Positions 1 through 13,129 of a stretch of DNA of 64,000 nt are shown piece after piece. The first letter of the stretch is position 1; every line of letters starts with the position of its first letter. The notes under the pieces were generated by a model. That model ran no database searches, was not told where the DNA came from, and was given only the letters and a program-made list of their open reading frames with translations. The stretch is from Octopus vulgaris (Eukaryota), in NCBI GenBank assembly GCA_951406725.2, contig OX597819.1:88164001-88228000 (forward strand), given 5' to 3'. The translations under genes were made by a program, and so were the position numbers.

Positions 1-338
1 CACCACTGTTATAATGTGAATCCTCCTCCACTTGTATGTTACTGGCAGCACTGTAATATTCTTGTCACCATAATGTTGTTGTGGCGGTATTCCACATCTT
101 ATCTTTGACTCGTCAATTGTGCTATCACTGATAGCTCCACAAGACAATGACTGAAAAACCTACCTTGATGGTAACTCAAACTCGTATATATTATGTAACT
201 GACACTGGCTCCAACTGAGAACTCGTACAATGTCTCTACTACTACTGACCTCCTACAACGACTGATAGCCTGACTTTATAGTGGCTGTATCATACCACTT
301 TGTCATGTGGGAAGGGGAGTACCATTTTCACTGCAACA
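1..338 (-). mobile_element. Probable LTR of an LTR retrotransposon with start of the primer-binding site at the window edge
   Basis: Positions 7-338 are bounded by TGTT...AACA. On the minus strand the LTR end (AACA) is followed after 1 nt by TGGTG, typical of a PBS start. A TATAAA lies on the minus strand near 275-280. The partner LTR is not in the window. Confidence 0.45.
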
Positions 339-844
339 GCTTGTTTCTATGTTGACCACTGAAAACAATTAATAAAATTGATAATATTTCATGATTTTCA
401 TGTGATTTAAATTTATTTCATCATTCTGCAGATAATTGTGCACTTATTTTCTGAAAACAGATTGGGCTAAGTTGGTGGTATATTGGCTCCTACTTTTAGC
501 AATCCATGTACTGTCTATTTCACCATAATGCTTTTTACAGAGTGAAAAAATACTCTACCTATCACTCAACCCACCTCCAACTTTCTTTCAATTTATACAT
601 TACGTTTATTCCTTTGAAGTCGCCACTGAACCTTTGCTTTCTCTCTGCCTATATGTCCCTCTCTATGTCACTATCTCCCTCTCTCTTTGGTTGTATATGT
701 TTCTCTCTCTCTTTCACTCGCGCTCTCTCTCTCTCACTACCTCTACTTCTTTTCTCTCTAGAGAAAAAAACGCATGAGAGACAGACAGACAAAGATGGTT
801 ACGGAGAAAAAAAACAAGTGAGACTGAAGTGGGATGGAGGTAGC

Positions 845-1175
845 CACATCTATAAATCTATCAACAAAGTTGTTGACAAGGACGATGCAGTTCATAATCC
901 TGTTGAATTCCTCAACAGTCTGGAACCATCCTGTATTCTGTCACGCAACCTTGAATTGAAGAAGGGTGCAGTCATCATGCTTCTCAGAAGCCTGGATCAG
1001 CCAAGATTGAGCAATGGTATACATATGGTCGTGATTTAACTAAAGCCTCACATCATCAAAGCAAAAATCCTCACTGGATGTGGTAAGGGAGACATTGTAT
1101 TTATACCTACAATACCACTAATACCAACAGATGCCCCCTTTCATTTCAGACAATTGCAATTACCAACAAGATTGC
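845..1175 (+). pseudogene. Helitron PIF1-like helicase fragment
   Basis: Translation PVEFLNSLEPS..LELKKGAVIMLLRSLDQPRLSNG..*LKPHIIKAKILTGCGKGDIVFIPTIPLIPTDAPFHFRQLQLP matches the Helitron helicase C-terminal motifs. It has an in-frame stop at 1037-1039. Confidence 0.85.
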
Positions 1176-1177
1176 CG

Positions 1178-1290
1178 AAAATTGAAGAAAATATCTTACA
1201 AATATCTTACAAACTACAGAATTTTCTCAAGAAAGCCAAGAGAAAAAGATGTTTTATAAACACATTCTACCGTTCAAAGCGAAAAGATCC
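1178..1290. mobile_element. Internally deleted end of the interspersed repeat also present at 22718-23100
   Basis: Shares aaatatcttacaaact..gatgttttataaacacattctacc and the terminus ccgttcaaa(g/c)cgaaaagatcc with 22937-23100. Confidence 0.7.
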
Positions 1291-1876
1291 CATTTTATAT
1301 TCTATCTTGAACACTTTCCTTTACCTGCTGTAAGTACTCTATACTCTTTGATTCATGCTCCCATTCTTGCTCTCTAGTGATTTGACCCTCTGCTTCTCTT
1401 TATGTCATTGCCTATACCACCTCATTCTTTCTCTTGTTAGCTTACATCGTCTGTCATCCATATTTTATGAACAAATATAAATTTTCAAGTGAGCAGATGA
1501 TAAATAATTGCACTTATGCGCATGTGTTAAGTGTATATAAGCAATATAAAAAATTTGGTTCAATTAATAAAAAAAGACTACACTTTTCACTATCCAATCA
1601 CCATCTCCACCACGATGATGACGACAAATGACCACCACCACCACCACCACCACCATTATCATAGTTTTCAGTAACAAAGCTCAATCTTAGGTTGTTTGCC
1701 AACCAAGATTATTTCATTTCAGTTTAGTTGTTTGTTTATTTACATCTATCTACTTTTTTATTGCTGTCAATACAAAGTTCAAATAACAAATTTTTTTCAA
1801 AAAATTATAAAATTCACTGCTATTTTGCAAAGTTATTTCACTTCCATAGCAAAATCTATCTTTTAATCAATAAGTT

Positions 1877-1884
1877 TATTATTA

Positions 1885-1934
<50 letters not shown>

Positions 1935-1950
1935 GTTATTATTGTTATTA

Positions 1951-2012
<62 letters not shown>

Positions 2013-2053
2013 GTTATTATTGTTATTATCATTATTATTATTATTATTATTAT
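1877..2053. repeat. (ATT)n microsatellite
   Basis: Direct reading; it generates the poly-I and poly-N ORFs. Confidence 0.95.
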
Positions 2054-2368
2054 TCCTTCTTCCATCCACCCATCGATATATTTATTTGTCAATGTGGTTA
2101 GATAGATGAATAGATCGCCAGACAGAAGATATAAAAAAGAAATTGAATATTAAAATGTTATTTTCTTGTCAGTTACAATTAGGTATGATGTTTAAAATTT
2201 CCCTCTGCTAAACACTTTATCTTTCTTTCTCTCTCTTATTTTCTCTACCTCTAACTTCAACTAATTTTTTAACCATGTCATTCCCCTCTTCATGTCGTTA
2301 TCATTTCTCTTTCACTTCATCTCTCACTTCCACTAACCACAAGATAGCTTAATGTATTGTCTGGCAAT

Positions 2369-2596
2369 GGTGAGCTGGTGGACATGTTAGTGCACCGGGT
2401 GAAATGCTTAGCGGTATTTCGTCTGCAGTTACGTTCTGAGTTCAAATTCTGCCGAGGTCGACTTTGCCTTTCATCCTTTCAGGGTCGATAAATAAAGTAC
2501 CAGTTTTGCACTGGAGTCGATGTAATTGACTTAATCCCTTTGTCTGCCCTTGTTTGTCCCCTCTATGCTTAGCCCCTTGTGGGCAATAAAGAAATA
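2369..2596 (+). mobile_element. tRNA-derived SINE, family A
   Basis: Pol III A-box-like region and B box GAGTTCAAATT; more than 10 related copies in the window. Confidence 0.85.
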
Positions 2597-3221
2597 TATC
2601 ACTACTCTCTCTCTTTCTCTCTCTCTCTCTATCTCTCTCTCTCTATCTCTCTCTCTCTCCCCTCTCTCTCCCTCTCCCTCTCTCCTTCTCTTGTTGCCTC
2701 ACCACCAGAACATCACCCCCTGCTAAACATTGTATTTCTAACTCTCTTCCTCTAAATCACTCCCTTCAACTAACTTTTTAATCACATAATGAATATTACA
2801 TTCCCTCTACCTCTTCTCTCTCCCTCTTATTCTTTCTCCCTCTAGCTCTCTTCCTCTCTCCCCCTTTCTCTCTTGCTATTCATTTTCCCCTTCAACTAAT
2901 CATATAATAGCGTAACACATTTCTGACGATCTCTAACTGTGGAAGGAACCCGTGGAAAAGGTAGACCCAGAAAAACATTGGACAAGGTGGTCATGCATCA
3001 TCTTCAGATGCTGAGTCTCACAGAGGAGATGACAAGAGATTGAGACCTTTGGCAATTTGCTGTGCCTGAGAAGACATGTTAAGCCAAGTGATACCATAAT
3101 CATAGCCAGTACTAGTAGCATGTAAAATGCACCCACTACATTCTTAAAATGTTTGGCATTAGGAAGGGCATCCAACCATAGAAACCAATCCAAATCAAAT
3201 CAAAGCTTGTTATAGCTCTCT

Positions 3222-3544
3222 TGTTTTATTTATTTATTTATGCGCCCTTTTCAAGCCCAGCCAGGCTCATGGGCCCGGTTTCCCGGTTTCTGTGGCATAT
3301 GTGTTCCGCCCAGCTGGGCGGGATGCCAGTCCATTGCAACTTTACTCAAGAAACAGAAAGAAAAAGTAAGAGAAAGTTGGGGTGAAAGAGTACAACAGGG
3401 GTCGCCACCACCCCTTGCTGGAGCTTCATGTAGCTTTAGGTGTTTTCACTCCATAAACACACACAACGCCCAGTCTGGGAATCGAAACTGTGATCCTCCG
3501 ACCGCGAGTCTGCTGCCCTAACCACTGGGCCATTGTGCCTCCAC
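3222..3544 (-). mobile_element. tRNA-derived SINE, family C
   Basis: Minus-strand head GGAGGCACAATGGCCCAGTGGTTAGGG..GTTTCGATTCCC; second copy at 28828-29123. Confidence 0.85.
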
Positions 3545-3792
3545 TTGCGTCCTTTTAAAGCCTAGCCAGACTCATGGGCCTGGTTTCCTGGTTTCTATGG
3601 AGTATGTATCCCCCAGCTGGATGGGACACCAGTCCATTGCAGTGTTACTCATTTTTGCTAGCTGAGTGGACTGGAGCAACGTGAAATGAAGTGTTTTGCT
3701 CAAGAACACAACGCGTCACTCGGCCCAGGAATCGAAACCACAATCTTACGATCATGATGCTGACACCCTAACCACTAAGCCATGCGCCTCCG
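3545..3792 (-). mobile_element. tRNA-derived SINE, family D (shares its 3' tail with family C)
   Basis: Head GGAGGCGCATGGCTTAGTGGTTAGGG..GGTTTCGATTCC; related copies at ~40533-40700, 53512-53750 and 56005-56325. Confidence 0.8.
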
Positions 3793-3891
3793 AGCTCTCT
3801 GGCTTACCAATCCCAAACTGTCTCACCCATGCCAGCATGGAAAATAGATGCTAAATAATGATGACGACAATGATAATGATACTTACTAGTA

Positions 3892-5090
3892 ATGGAAGAA
3901 TTGGTGACGCGCATCCCCAATGATAGTGATGCTGTTGACATCGTTTTACTGGACTTTGCCAAAGCTTTTGACTCGGTAAACCACCGCCTATTACTTGTCA
4001 AGCTTCAAGCATATAGTTTCCATCCGGATATTGTACGATGGGTTGGTGCCTTCCTCTCAGATTGCTCCTTCCAAGTCCAAGTTAACGGTTCGCGGTCCGA
4101 CGTCTCCAGTGCGAGCAGTGGCGTGCCTCAAGGTTCAGTGCTTGGGCCCTTGTTGTTCTTAGTCTTCATAAATGACTTGCCCGACGACCTCACGCAACAC
4201 ACCCTTCTATTTGCCGACGATATCAAACTGGTCGCTCCTCGCGGTAATATAGAGGATCTTCGTCGATGCCTCCACCAAATTTGGAAGTGGTCTAACGATT
4301 GGGACCTGTGTCTGAACGTGTCAAAGTGCTGTCATCTGCCTGTCGGCTCTACTCCTGCAACTCAACTTGATTTCGAGCCGGGTCGTCTGCTGCTGGAGAG
4401 GACCGATCAGGTAAAGGACCTAGGTATCTTGGTGGATTCCTCCTTTTCGCCTTCGGCCCAGTGCGTCCATGCTGCCAACAAAGCACGCGGAATTCTGTTC
4501 TTGATTCAACGGTCATTCAGAATGCTCACAGCAGCCATATTCCTACCACTCTATGTCACGCTGGTGAGACCCATATTGGAGTATGGGATTCAAGCCTCTT
4601 CTCCTTATCTCCTCAAAGACATACAGCATCTCGAAAGAGTCCAGAAGCTGGCTACCCGCATGGTTCATGGTCTCAAAAATTTGTCCTACGAAGAAAGGCT
4701 GAGGACGCTCAACCTTTATTCTCTTGAAAACGCTGCCGCCGTAGTGATCTCATTCTCGCCCACAACATCATAAGCGGAAAGTGTAACCTCTCGAAAGAGC
4801 TGTTCTTCACTCCTGCTCCAGAGCGTCGGCTGCGGGGTCATTCCGAAAAGCTCTACCTGCGACGATTTCATCTCAATCGAAGGAGAGGAGCTTTCTCCGT
4901 CCGGGTTGTGGATCCGTGGAACAAGCTGCCAGACGAGATGGTAAAGATGCCGACGACCGCTTTGTTCAAAGCCTCCCTGGACCTCAAGTGGCCTGAACTC
5001 TTTACATGAACACCACCCTGTACTTAACTCCATGTCCCCCTACATGGCCTTGCTATTTGCTTTTGAGCCAAATTAACTAACTAACTAACT
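3892..5090 (+). mobile_element. 5'-truncated CR1/L2-group LINE (reverse transcriptase, C-terminus, short 3' UTR, (TAAC)n tail)
   Basis: RT motifs DFAKAFDSVNH, GVPQGSVLGPLLF and FADD. After a frameshift near 4730 the C-terminus reads RLRGHSEKL..FSVRVVDPWNKLP. A CCATGT/ACATGG hairpin lies at ~5030-5047, followed by the tail. Confidence 0.92.
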
Positions 5091-5091
5091 T

Positions 5092-5310
5092 GTTTCTACT
5101 ATAGGCACAAGGCCTGAAAGTTTTGGAGAGGGTGCGAGTCAATTACTTTGCCCCATTGCTTGATTGGTTCTTATTTTATTTTAATGACCCCCCCCCCCAA
5201 AGGATGAAAGGTAAGGTTGACCCTGGTGGAATTTGAACTCAATGTAAAGAGCTAGAAGACACCACTAAGCATTTTGTTCAACACAGTAACAATTCTGTCA
5301 GCTCACTGCC
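5092..5310 (-). mobile_element. SINE family A variant
   Basis: Reverse complement of the family A core (ggatgaaagg..ggaatttgaactc). Confidence 0.7.
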
Positions 5311-5339
5311 CTAACAATAACAACAACAGCAACGGTAAG

Positions 5340-5468
5340 AATGATGATGATGATGTTGATGATGGTGATGATGATAGTGATGATGATGATGATGACGACG
5401 ACGACGATGATGTTGATGATGATGATGGTGATGATGATGATGATGATGATGATGAGGAGGAGGAGGAG
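5340..5468. repeat. (GAT)n/(GAC)n/(GAG)n microsatellite
   Basis: Direct reading. Confidence 0.9.
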
Positions 5469-5692
5469 TTGAAAATGAAAAATCGTTTCTAGTTTAGATA
5501 CAAGGTTGTTACAAGGATGAGGAATGGAGCTGGGGGGTTATTAAACAATACAAAACAGAGATTCGGTGGTTTGATGCTAAAACATGAAAGTCAGTGACCT
5601 TGAATGGTACACTGAATCCCAAAAGTGATGTTAATAGAATTTATCTTCCTAGATCCAGAAGAGGCTTGGTAAGAGGTTTGGAAAAGTATATT

Positions 5693-5749
<57 letters not shown>

Positions 5750-5883
5750 GTACAGATATATATGAAATGTAGAAAACAATATTGTTCAATACATAAAGAG
5801 AATAATGTTGAACAGTGACTGTTGGAAGTAAATCAATGTGGCATTTTACAGATTGAAAGTTGCATTGATTATAAGAAAAGAAA

Positions 5884-5924
<41 letters not shown>

Positions 5925-5939
5925 TGTGAAAGGATAAAC

Positions 5940-7260
5940 TGATGCATGGCGCCAATTTATAAGAGACAGGATAAGTATTCATTATTGGAATGGATGTGAA
6001 GATCAAACTGTAAGGTCATGACAGATTCCCTTATAGGAACAGCACAGGAGCAATCCCTAAAAAGTAATAATGTGAAATATAACATTGACAAAATTGTAGT
6101 ACCATTATGTAAATTCTGAAGAATGAAAGGAGAAACAACCAACATATTGTGAGTGCAGTGTACTAGAATACACTGGCATAAATGGATTAGAAAAAGAAGC
6201 ATAATAGCATTGCTAAGATTGTACCCTGGATGTCATATGAGAAAAATAAGCTGAACAGAATGGAAAAGTGGTATGTGCACTAGCCTGATTCAGATGAAGT
6301 GAAACCATTTTGGGTCTTCAATATCCATTGTGAGCATGAGATAAATGAGAGAAGACCTGATAATGGTTGTTGTTGGGGAAAAAAAACAGAAGACTTTGTT
6401 GGATAATTGATCCAGCATTGCCAGGAGAAAACATGTGAAAAGAAAAAGATTAGGAGAATATAAAAAAAAATTGAAGAGAGAAATTTCCAAAATACAGAAC
6501 ATGAAACATGGTAGCATGTGCACCTTGGGAACAATAACAGCTAAAATAAAAACATAGATTGCACAGTATGGAATTAAGATACTTACAAAAGACAGCTCTT
6601 TTAAGAATGATGTGAATTCTGAGGAGAGTTCTTTAAATAAAAAGAAGTCATTTGTTATGTTGTGCTTTCTTGAGATAAATATTAGAACAGGATCAGGGTG
6701 TTAAAACAATGATAAAAATTGCTTCTATCTTAGGTAGACATTCTTACTCACATATTGTGAGTAAGTATAGCAAGGTGGCCCAAAAGCACTACAAAAGGAG
6801 GCACAATGATATGGCTAAGTTTCATCCACTGGAGGCTAATGTGAAAAGTACAGCCTGAACAGATCGTGGAAATGGTATGAACATGAACCAGAAGGAGTCA
6901 CCAAGAACAAGGAACATAAGATACTGTGGGATTTTATAATCCAATGTGACTCCCTAATCGAGGCTTGGAGACCAGATATTGTTGTGGTAGATAAAGAAGA
7001 AATGGAAACCAAGGTCATTTTCTACCTTGAGAAATAGAAAAGATTGCAAAGTACAGACTACTAAAAGACAAAATTGCAAGAATGTGGACTATGAGGAAAG
7101 TGTCCATCATTCCAATAGTTGTAAGGGCACTTGAAACACTAACAACCAAGTTTGAGAAATATGGCAAAGCAATTGAAATTGACATGAGAACTGAGCAAGC
7201 CCCCAAAAAACTACTCTGCTGGAGACAGCTAGGATTTTGAGATTGGTACTTGGATGTTGA
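5940..7260 (+). mobile_element. Decayed 3' fragments of R4/Dong-type LINEs (restriction-like endonuclease region)
   Basis: 6720-7260 reads YKRRHND..KWYEHEPEGV..KILWDFIIQCD..RPDIVVVDK..IIPIVV with frameshifts. 5940-6620 is a more degraded similar piece (LQKTALL). Confidence 0.7.
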
Positions 7261-7408
7261 ATGCATCCCACGATAAATAACAACCAAGTATCAAAGCTTA
7301 TAATGTGCAGAAAGAAATCCTGTGAGACCTCTGATGGTAAGCTGCTGTGCACTCACAAAAAACCTACCAGAACAAACAAGACTGAACATTCTGAGAAGTA
7401 AAACAATA

Positions 7409-7451
<43 letters not shown>

Positions 7452-9520
7452 GAGCAGAAAGGATGCCGCAAAGGCTCATATGACTGTAAAGATCAACTAA
7501 TGATTAATAAAGCCGTAACTGAAGACAGCCACAGAAAGAAGAAAGGCCTCAGTATGGCCTGGATTGACTACAAAAAGGCGTTTGATAGCATCCCCCACAC
7601 ATGGATCCTCGAAACACTAGCCATTAACAAAGTAGCACCAACAATCATAAAATTCATAGAGCACTCTATGAATAAATGGCAAACAGTCCTACACCTCCAA
7701 ACAAAAGAGGGACTCATGAAAACCAAAGACATCCCCATTAGAAGAGGAATATTCCAGGGAGACACGCTCTCTCCACTCCTTTTCTGCTTGGCACTGTCAC
7801 CTCTATCTGATATGCTAAATAGAACTGGATGCGGATATAAATGTTACGGCAAAACGATCAGCCACCTTTTATATATGGATGACCTAAAACTATACGCTGC
7901 AAATGACAAACAGCTGGAAACACTATTAAAGACAGTTCATGGATTTACCAAAGAAATAGATATGAAATTTGGATTAGAAAAATGCGCCAAAGTAACCATG
8001 AAAAGAGGAAAACTAGTTAAGAGTAACAACATCACACTAGATAAAACCAATGAAATAAAAGAATTAGACCAAAGCCAAACTTACAAATACTTAGGAATCC
8101 ATGAACTATATAAGACACAACACACACAAATGAAAGAGAAAATAAAAAAGAATATTATAGACGAGTTAGATCAATACTAAAAACAGAGCTCAATGCTAAA
8201 AACAAGATAATAGGTATCAACACTTTAGCTGTCCCAGTTATAAGTTACAGCTACAATATCCTTAACTGGACACGAAATGAACTGTCCAAAATAGATAGGA
8301 AAACAAGAAAAATACTGACAGGATCTAGGATGCATCACCCAAAATCTGACATAGAAAGACTATATATACAACGTATAGAAGGTGGTAGAGGCCTTATACA
8401 GCTGGAAAACTACTATAAAATAACCACCATAGGACTGCAAAAATATCTACTTCAGAAGGAAGGAAAACTGATCCAGATAGCAGCAAAACACGAGCAAAAC
8501 AAAAAACTGTTCTCAGTATTTAAGGAAGCTGACAAATACAAACAAGAAATCATACCACCTAATAAACACGAAGAAGAAGAAGAAGATGATGAAGAAACAA
8601 CGAAAGCTATAAAACAAATGAAATCCAAACTAAAAATAGAACAGCAATGAACGATGGCAAGAAAAGCCCCTTCATGGTAAATACTGCACTAAACTAAACG
8701 CAAAAGAAATAGACAAAGAAAAATCCCAGCAATGGTTGAGAAGCTCAGGACTCAAAGCAGAAACAGAGGGATTTTTAATTGCAGCACAAGACCAAAGCCT
8801 CCCCACCAGAAATTACCAAAAACATGTAATGAAAAGAAATATTACAAGTAACTGCAGAATATGTGGAGATGGACAAGAAACAATAAATCATATTATCTCT
8901 AGCTGCCCAGTCCTGGCTAAGAAGGAATATATTCACAGACATGACAGAGTTGGAACCTACATACATTGGAAACTATGCCAACATTATGGAATAACAACAG
9001 AAAAAAGATGGTATAGGCACACACCAGAAAAGGTCACAGAAAACGAGAAAGCAACCATACTCTGGGATATCCCGATACACACAGATAGAGAAATTAAGGC
9101 CAACAGACTAGATATAGTTGTCAGAGATCACGAAGAAAAAAATGCTTTCTAATTGATGTATCAATACCGGCAGATGACAACGTGTCTCTAAAAGAAATGG
9201 AGAAACTCTCAAAATACAAAGACCTGGAAATAGAGGTAACTAGAATGTGGAATCTGAAAACAGAAACAATTCCTATCATAGTAGGTGCATTAGGCATGAT
9301 AAAAAAATATTCAGACAAATACATAACAAAAACACCAGGACTTACAAACACATATAACATACAGAAAATTGCACTACTAGGCACTGCACACATCCTACGC
9401 AGAACACTTTCCATACAATAACCATCAGAGCATCACAACAAATCACAGCACATACCCAAGGCACACAGAGCTGCGCTCGGTAGTGAAGTGAAAGCACGCT
9501 ATAAAAATAAAACTACTGAA
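7452..9520 (+). mobile_element. 5'-truncated R4/Dong-clade LINE (RT, CCHC knuckle, REL endonuclease) inserted in (TAA)n
   Basis: WIDYKKAFDS, RGIFQGDTLSPLLF, LYMDD, YKYLG, CRICGDGQETINHIISSC, RHD and NRLDIVV; only a few frameshifts or stops. (TAA)n on both flanks (~7410-7450 and 9519-9597). Confidence 0.93.
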
Positions 9521-9531
9521 TAATAATGATG

Positions 9532-9597
<66 letters not shown>

Positions 9598-9614
9598 TAA
9601 ATAATAACAACAAT

Positions 9615-9820
9615 CTTTTCCACTATAGGCACAAGGCCTAAAATTTATGGGGAGGTGGTAAGTCGATTGCATTGATCCTAGTATTTGACTGTACTTAATT
9701 TATTCACCCCAAAAGGATGAAAGGCAAAGTTGACCTCGGTGGAATTTGAACTCTGAAGATAGGTGAAATACTGGTAAGCATTTTACCTGGCATGCTAACA
9801 TTTCTGTCAGCTAGCTGCTT
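9615..9820 (-). mobile_element. SINE family A variant
   Basis: Reverse complement of the family A core. Confidence 0.7.
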
Positions 9821-11072
9821 TATTAATAGTAATAATAATAGTGACTAATAATAATAGCAGCAGCAATAATAATAATAATAATAACAGTTTCTAATTTAGA
9901 CACAAGGCTAACAGTTTGAGGAGAAAGGTTAGATGATACCATAAGCCCTAGTACTTTATTTTATCTGTCTTGGAGGGATGAAAGGTGAAAGATTTTATGT
10001 GAATTAATGGACTATCAACATCCTTGATGTTTTATAGAGAAAATATGAACCAATTGTGCATAATACTGAAACATTGATTAAGTGTTAATTAAGATTAACT
10101 GACAATCTATTTTGATTATCAAACATTCATGGAAATAGGCTCATCATTCTATCATCCGTATAGTGATGAAATCAATTGATGTGCCCCAGCATGATCGCAG
10201 CTTTCGAGCTGAAACTAGTTAAAGGGTTATAGAATTCTAAAACATGGGGACTATCAAAAGGAAAAAAATGAAAGAAACTGATACAGTTTCTTTTCAAAAA
10301 GTATTGTGGGATTCGCAGTCAGTGAAGAGATATGCTAAAAGATAGTCAAAAACACATAAAAAAAGATAGATTAAAATCACTAGTGAGAAATATTTCTGGG
10401 AAAGAGATGGATAAAATATTATTCAGTTAAGAATGTCCAGCGAACAGTTTTCTCAAGTCTTCACATAGGAAAATACAGTGAGATTTGACACATTATAGTT
10501 AAATGTCTGTGAATTTCTCACAAATGCTGTTAATGTTCTGTATAGCAGACCAGTCTACTTCAGCATTATTATAAATGCATAACCTGTGATTGTATTCAAT
10601 AAATCAAGATTCTTCCAGCATTTCATCAGATGCATTTCAGTTTATTGATTGGATATCCCATGCAGATTTTTACGATGCATTAACAAAATCTCCAATACTT
10701 ATAGATCCGTTGAGCACTTTAGAATAAGTAGAATATGTTCGAGAAGACGGATAGCAATATAACTTCAAAGAAATGCATAAACAAACGAAAAAGTGTTATA
10801 AATATCAGGCATAACTTTAATAAATACTAAATACAGGGAGTAAAACACAGCATTACAAGGAGACGTATGGAACTTGGATGTCTGTAACAAATGTAAAAAC
10901 TCATGTCATTTTCTTCAATTCTCTTGTCTATCACATGACAGAATTTTTTCATTGCCCATTTTCTAAGCTTCCATGCCTGAAATGTATCAAAATATCTGCC
11001 TGTATAAGCTGTGTTACAACTCAGCTTAAGTGGTAATGTGTTAAAATAATGGGGCTTCACAATAAGAAAAAA

Positions 11073-11400
<328 letters not shown>

Positions 11401-11903
11401 TATTCATGTGTGTGTGTGCATGCGTGCTTAGTAGTTTAAAAGTGAGTGTTAATCTGCACCATCCAGTTCCACTCTTTAAACTTAGCTGTCTGATCACAGT
11501 GGCTAAGCAGGTTATGATGGTTGTGGTGACCAGCAAGCTGTAGGCTTTAAAATGGAGTGACCTTCCCATTGGTGAATTGCATTACAAGGCTAGAGTGCAC
11601 TACCTGAAGTTGTTGGAAGGGTGTCAAAGTGGTACTAGATTTTCCTTGGTTTACTATCAATATTGACTCCCCTAGTTTTTCCTTTCGTCAAGGGACTCAC
11701 AAAGAAGTGAGGGTCTTGCTTAGGGTTTCTTCCATGACATGGTAATTAACTTGTAGCTGAAACTCTTGCAGGTGCTACTACTCCAGGTCAGAGTAGAGCT
11801 AGGAACAGCTGTAGCTAAGAGATGGTTCCACACTCCTCAAAACCTTGGAACTCCTGAACCAAGGACCCACTTCTTGATGCAGTTTAAAGTTGTATACCCG
11901 AGA

Positions 11904-11955
<52 letters not shown>

Positions 11956-12242
11956 TTCACTTTTGTATTGAGTGCTTTTCTTTCATTTGTCTTGTCTACT
12001 CATTCATATACATACTTATATATATATATATATATCTACTACACACATATATATTTAAATAAATAGATAGATATAGATAGATAGATAGATAGATAGATAT
12101 AGATATATGGATAACTAGAGAGATATAGATATATGGATAGATAGATAGATAGATACATACATACATAATAAACATGGATACATACACACATACATACACG
12201 CATACATACAGACATACATAGGTACATACATGCATGCATACA

Positions 12243-12273
<31 letters not shown>

Positions 12274-12834
12274 GTACATGTGCACACACACACACACACA
12301 CACACACGTGCACACACGTGCCCCTCCCCCCCATAAAAATACTAAAGTATTATTGCTGTAGGGAAGAGGAGTTTCTAATGATTCAGAGTATCCTTCTTTA
12401 GGGTTTGGACAGCAGGGGAAAAAGAAAGCCAGGCGAATTTTGCATCCTTTATGTTTGAGCAGTCAGCAGTAACTGATAGGGGATGTAAAACAGCATGAGA
12501 GTGCATAACTAGAAAGGAAGCTGTAGATGTGAAAAACAACATGCGAGATAGCGGTTAGAAGAAAGAGACATAAAGACCAAAAGAGAAGCCAGTGAGGAAG
12601 AAGTGGAGGGAAACTCTAAGTGAGAGGAGAGTTGAAGGATAAAGCTAGGATTATTGTATTAAGAAGGGGTGGAGCTGTAGAAGGAAAAAAAAATGTTCAT
12701 TCAAATTTGGACGTCCTCTCATGCTTTTTGCATTCCCCATCAGTTGCAGCCTGTCACTCAGGCATCAAGGATGTAAAATATTTTGTTCTCCGCACTATCA
12801 TGTAAATTCCAAATATGGACACTGCTCAAAACGT

Positions 12835-13073
12835 TGGAGTTGGTAGATGGAAACTGAAAGAAGCCTGTCGTATGTGTGTGTGTGTATGTCTATGTTTGTG
12901 TGCCTGAGTTTGTCCCCCCACCATTGATTGACAACCGGTGTTGGTGTGTTCATGTCAAAAGAGACCAATAGAATAAGTACTAGGTTTACAGAGAATAAGA
13001 CCTGGGGTAGATTTGTTCAACTGAAGGTGGTGCTCCAGCATGGCACAGTCAGATGACTGAAACAAATAAAAGA
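12835..13073 (+). mobile_element. SINE family B, 5'-truncated
   Basis: Matches 25905-26258. Confidence 0.75.
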
Positions 13074-13122
<49 letters not shown>

Positions 13123-13129
13123 ACTTTGA

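Larger units (their letters stand above)
2934..3880 (+). mobile_element. 3' end of an RTE-type LINE, interrupted by SINEs at 3222-3792
   Basis: GRPRKTLDKVV..LSLTEEMTRD..LWQFAV C-terminus, then a 3' UTR related to 16215-16530 that ends in CCCATGCCAGCATGG and a (GAT)n-like tail. Confidence 0.65.

Noticed and set aside
5274-5492. Acidic poly-D/E ORF
   Set aside because: A (GAT)n microsatellite adjoining a SINE, with no gene context.
10250-11050. Non-repetitive stretch with coding-like composition on the minus strand
   Set aside because: Stops in the frames examined and no recognisable motif; it cannot be assigned.
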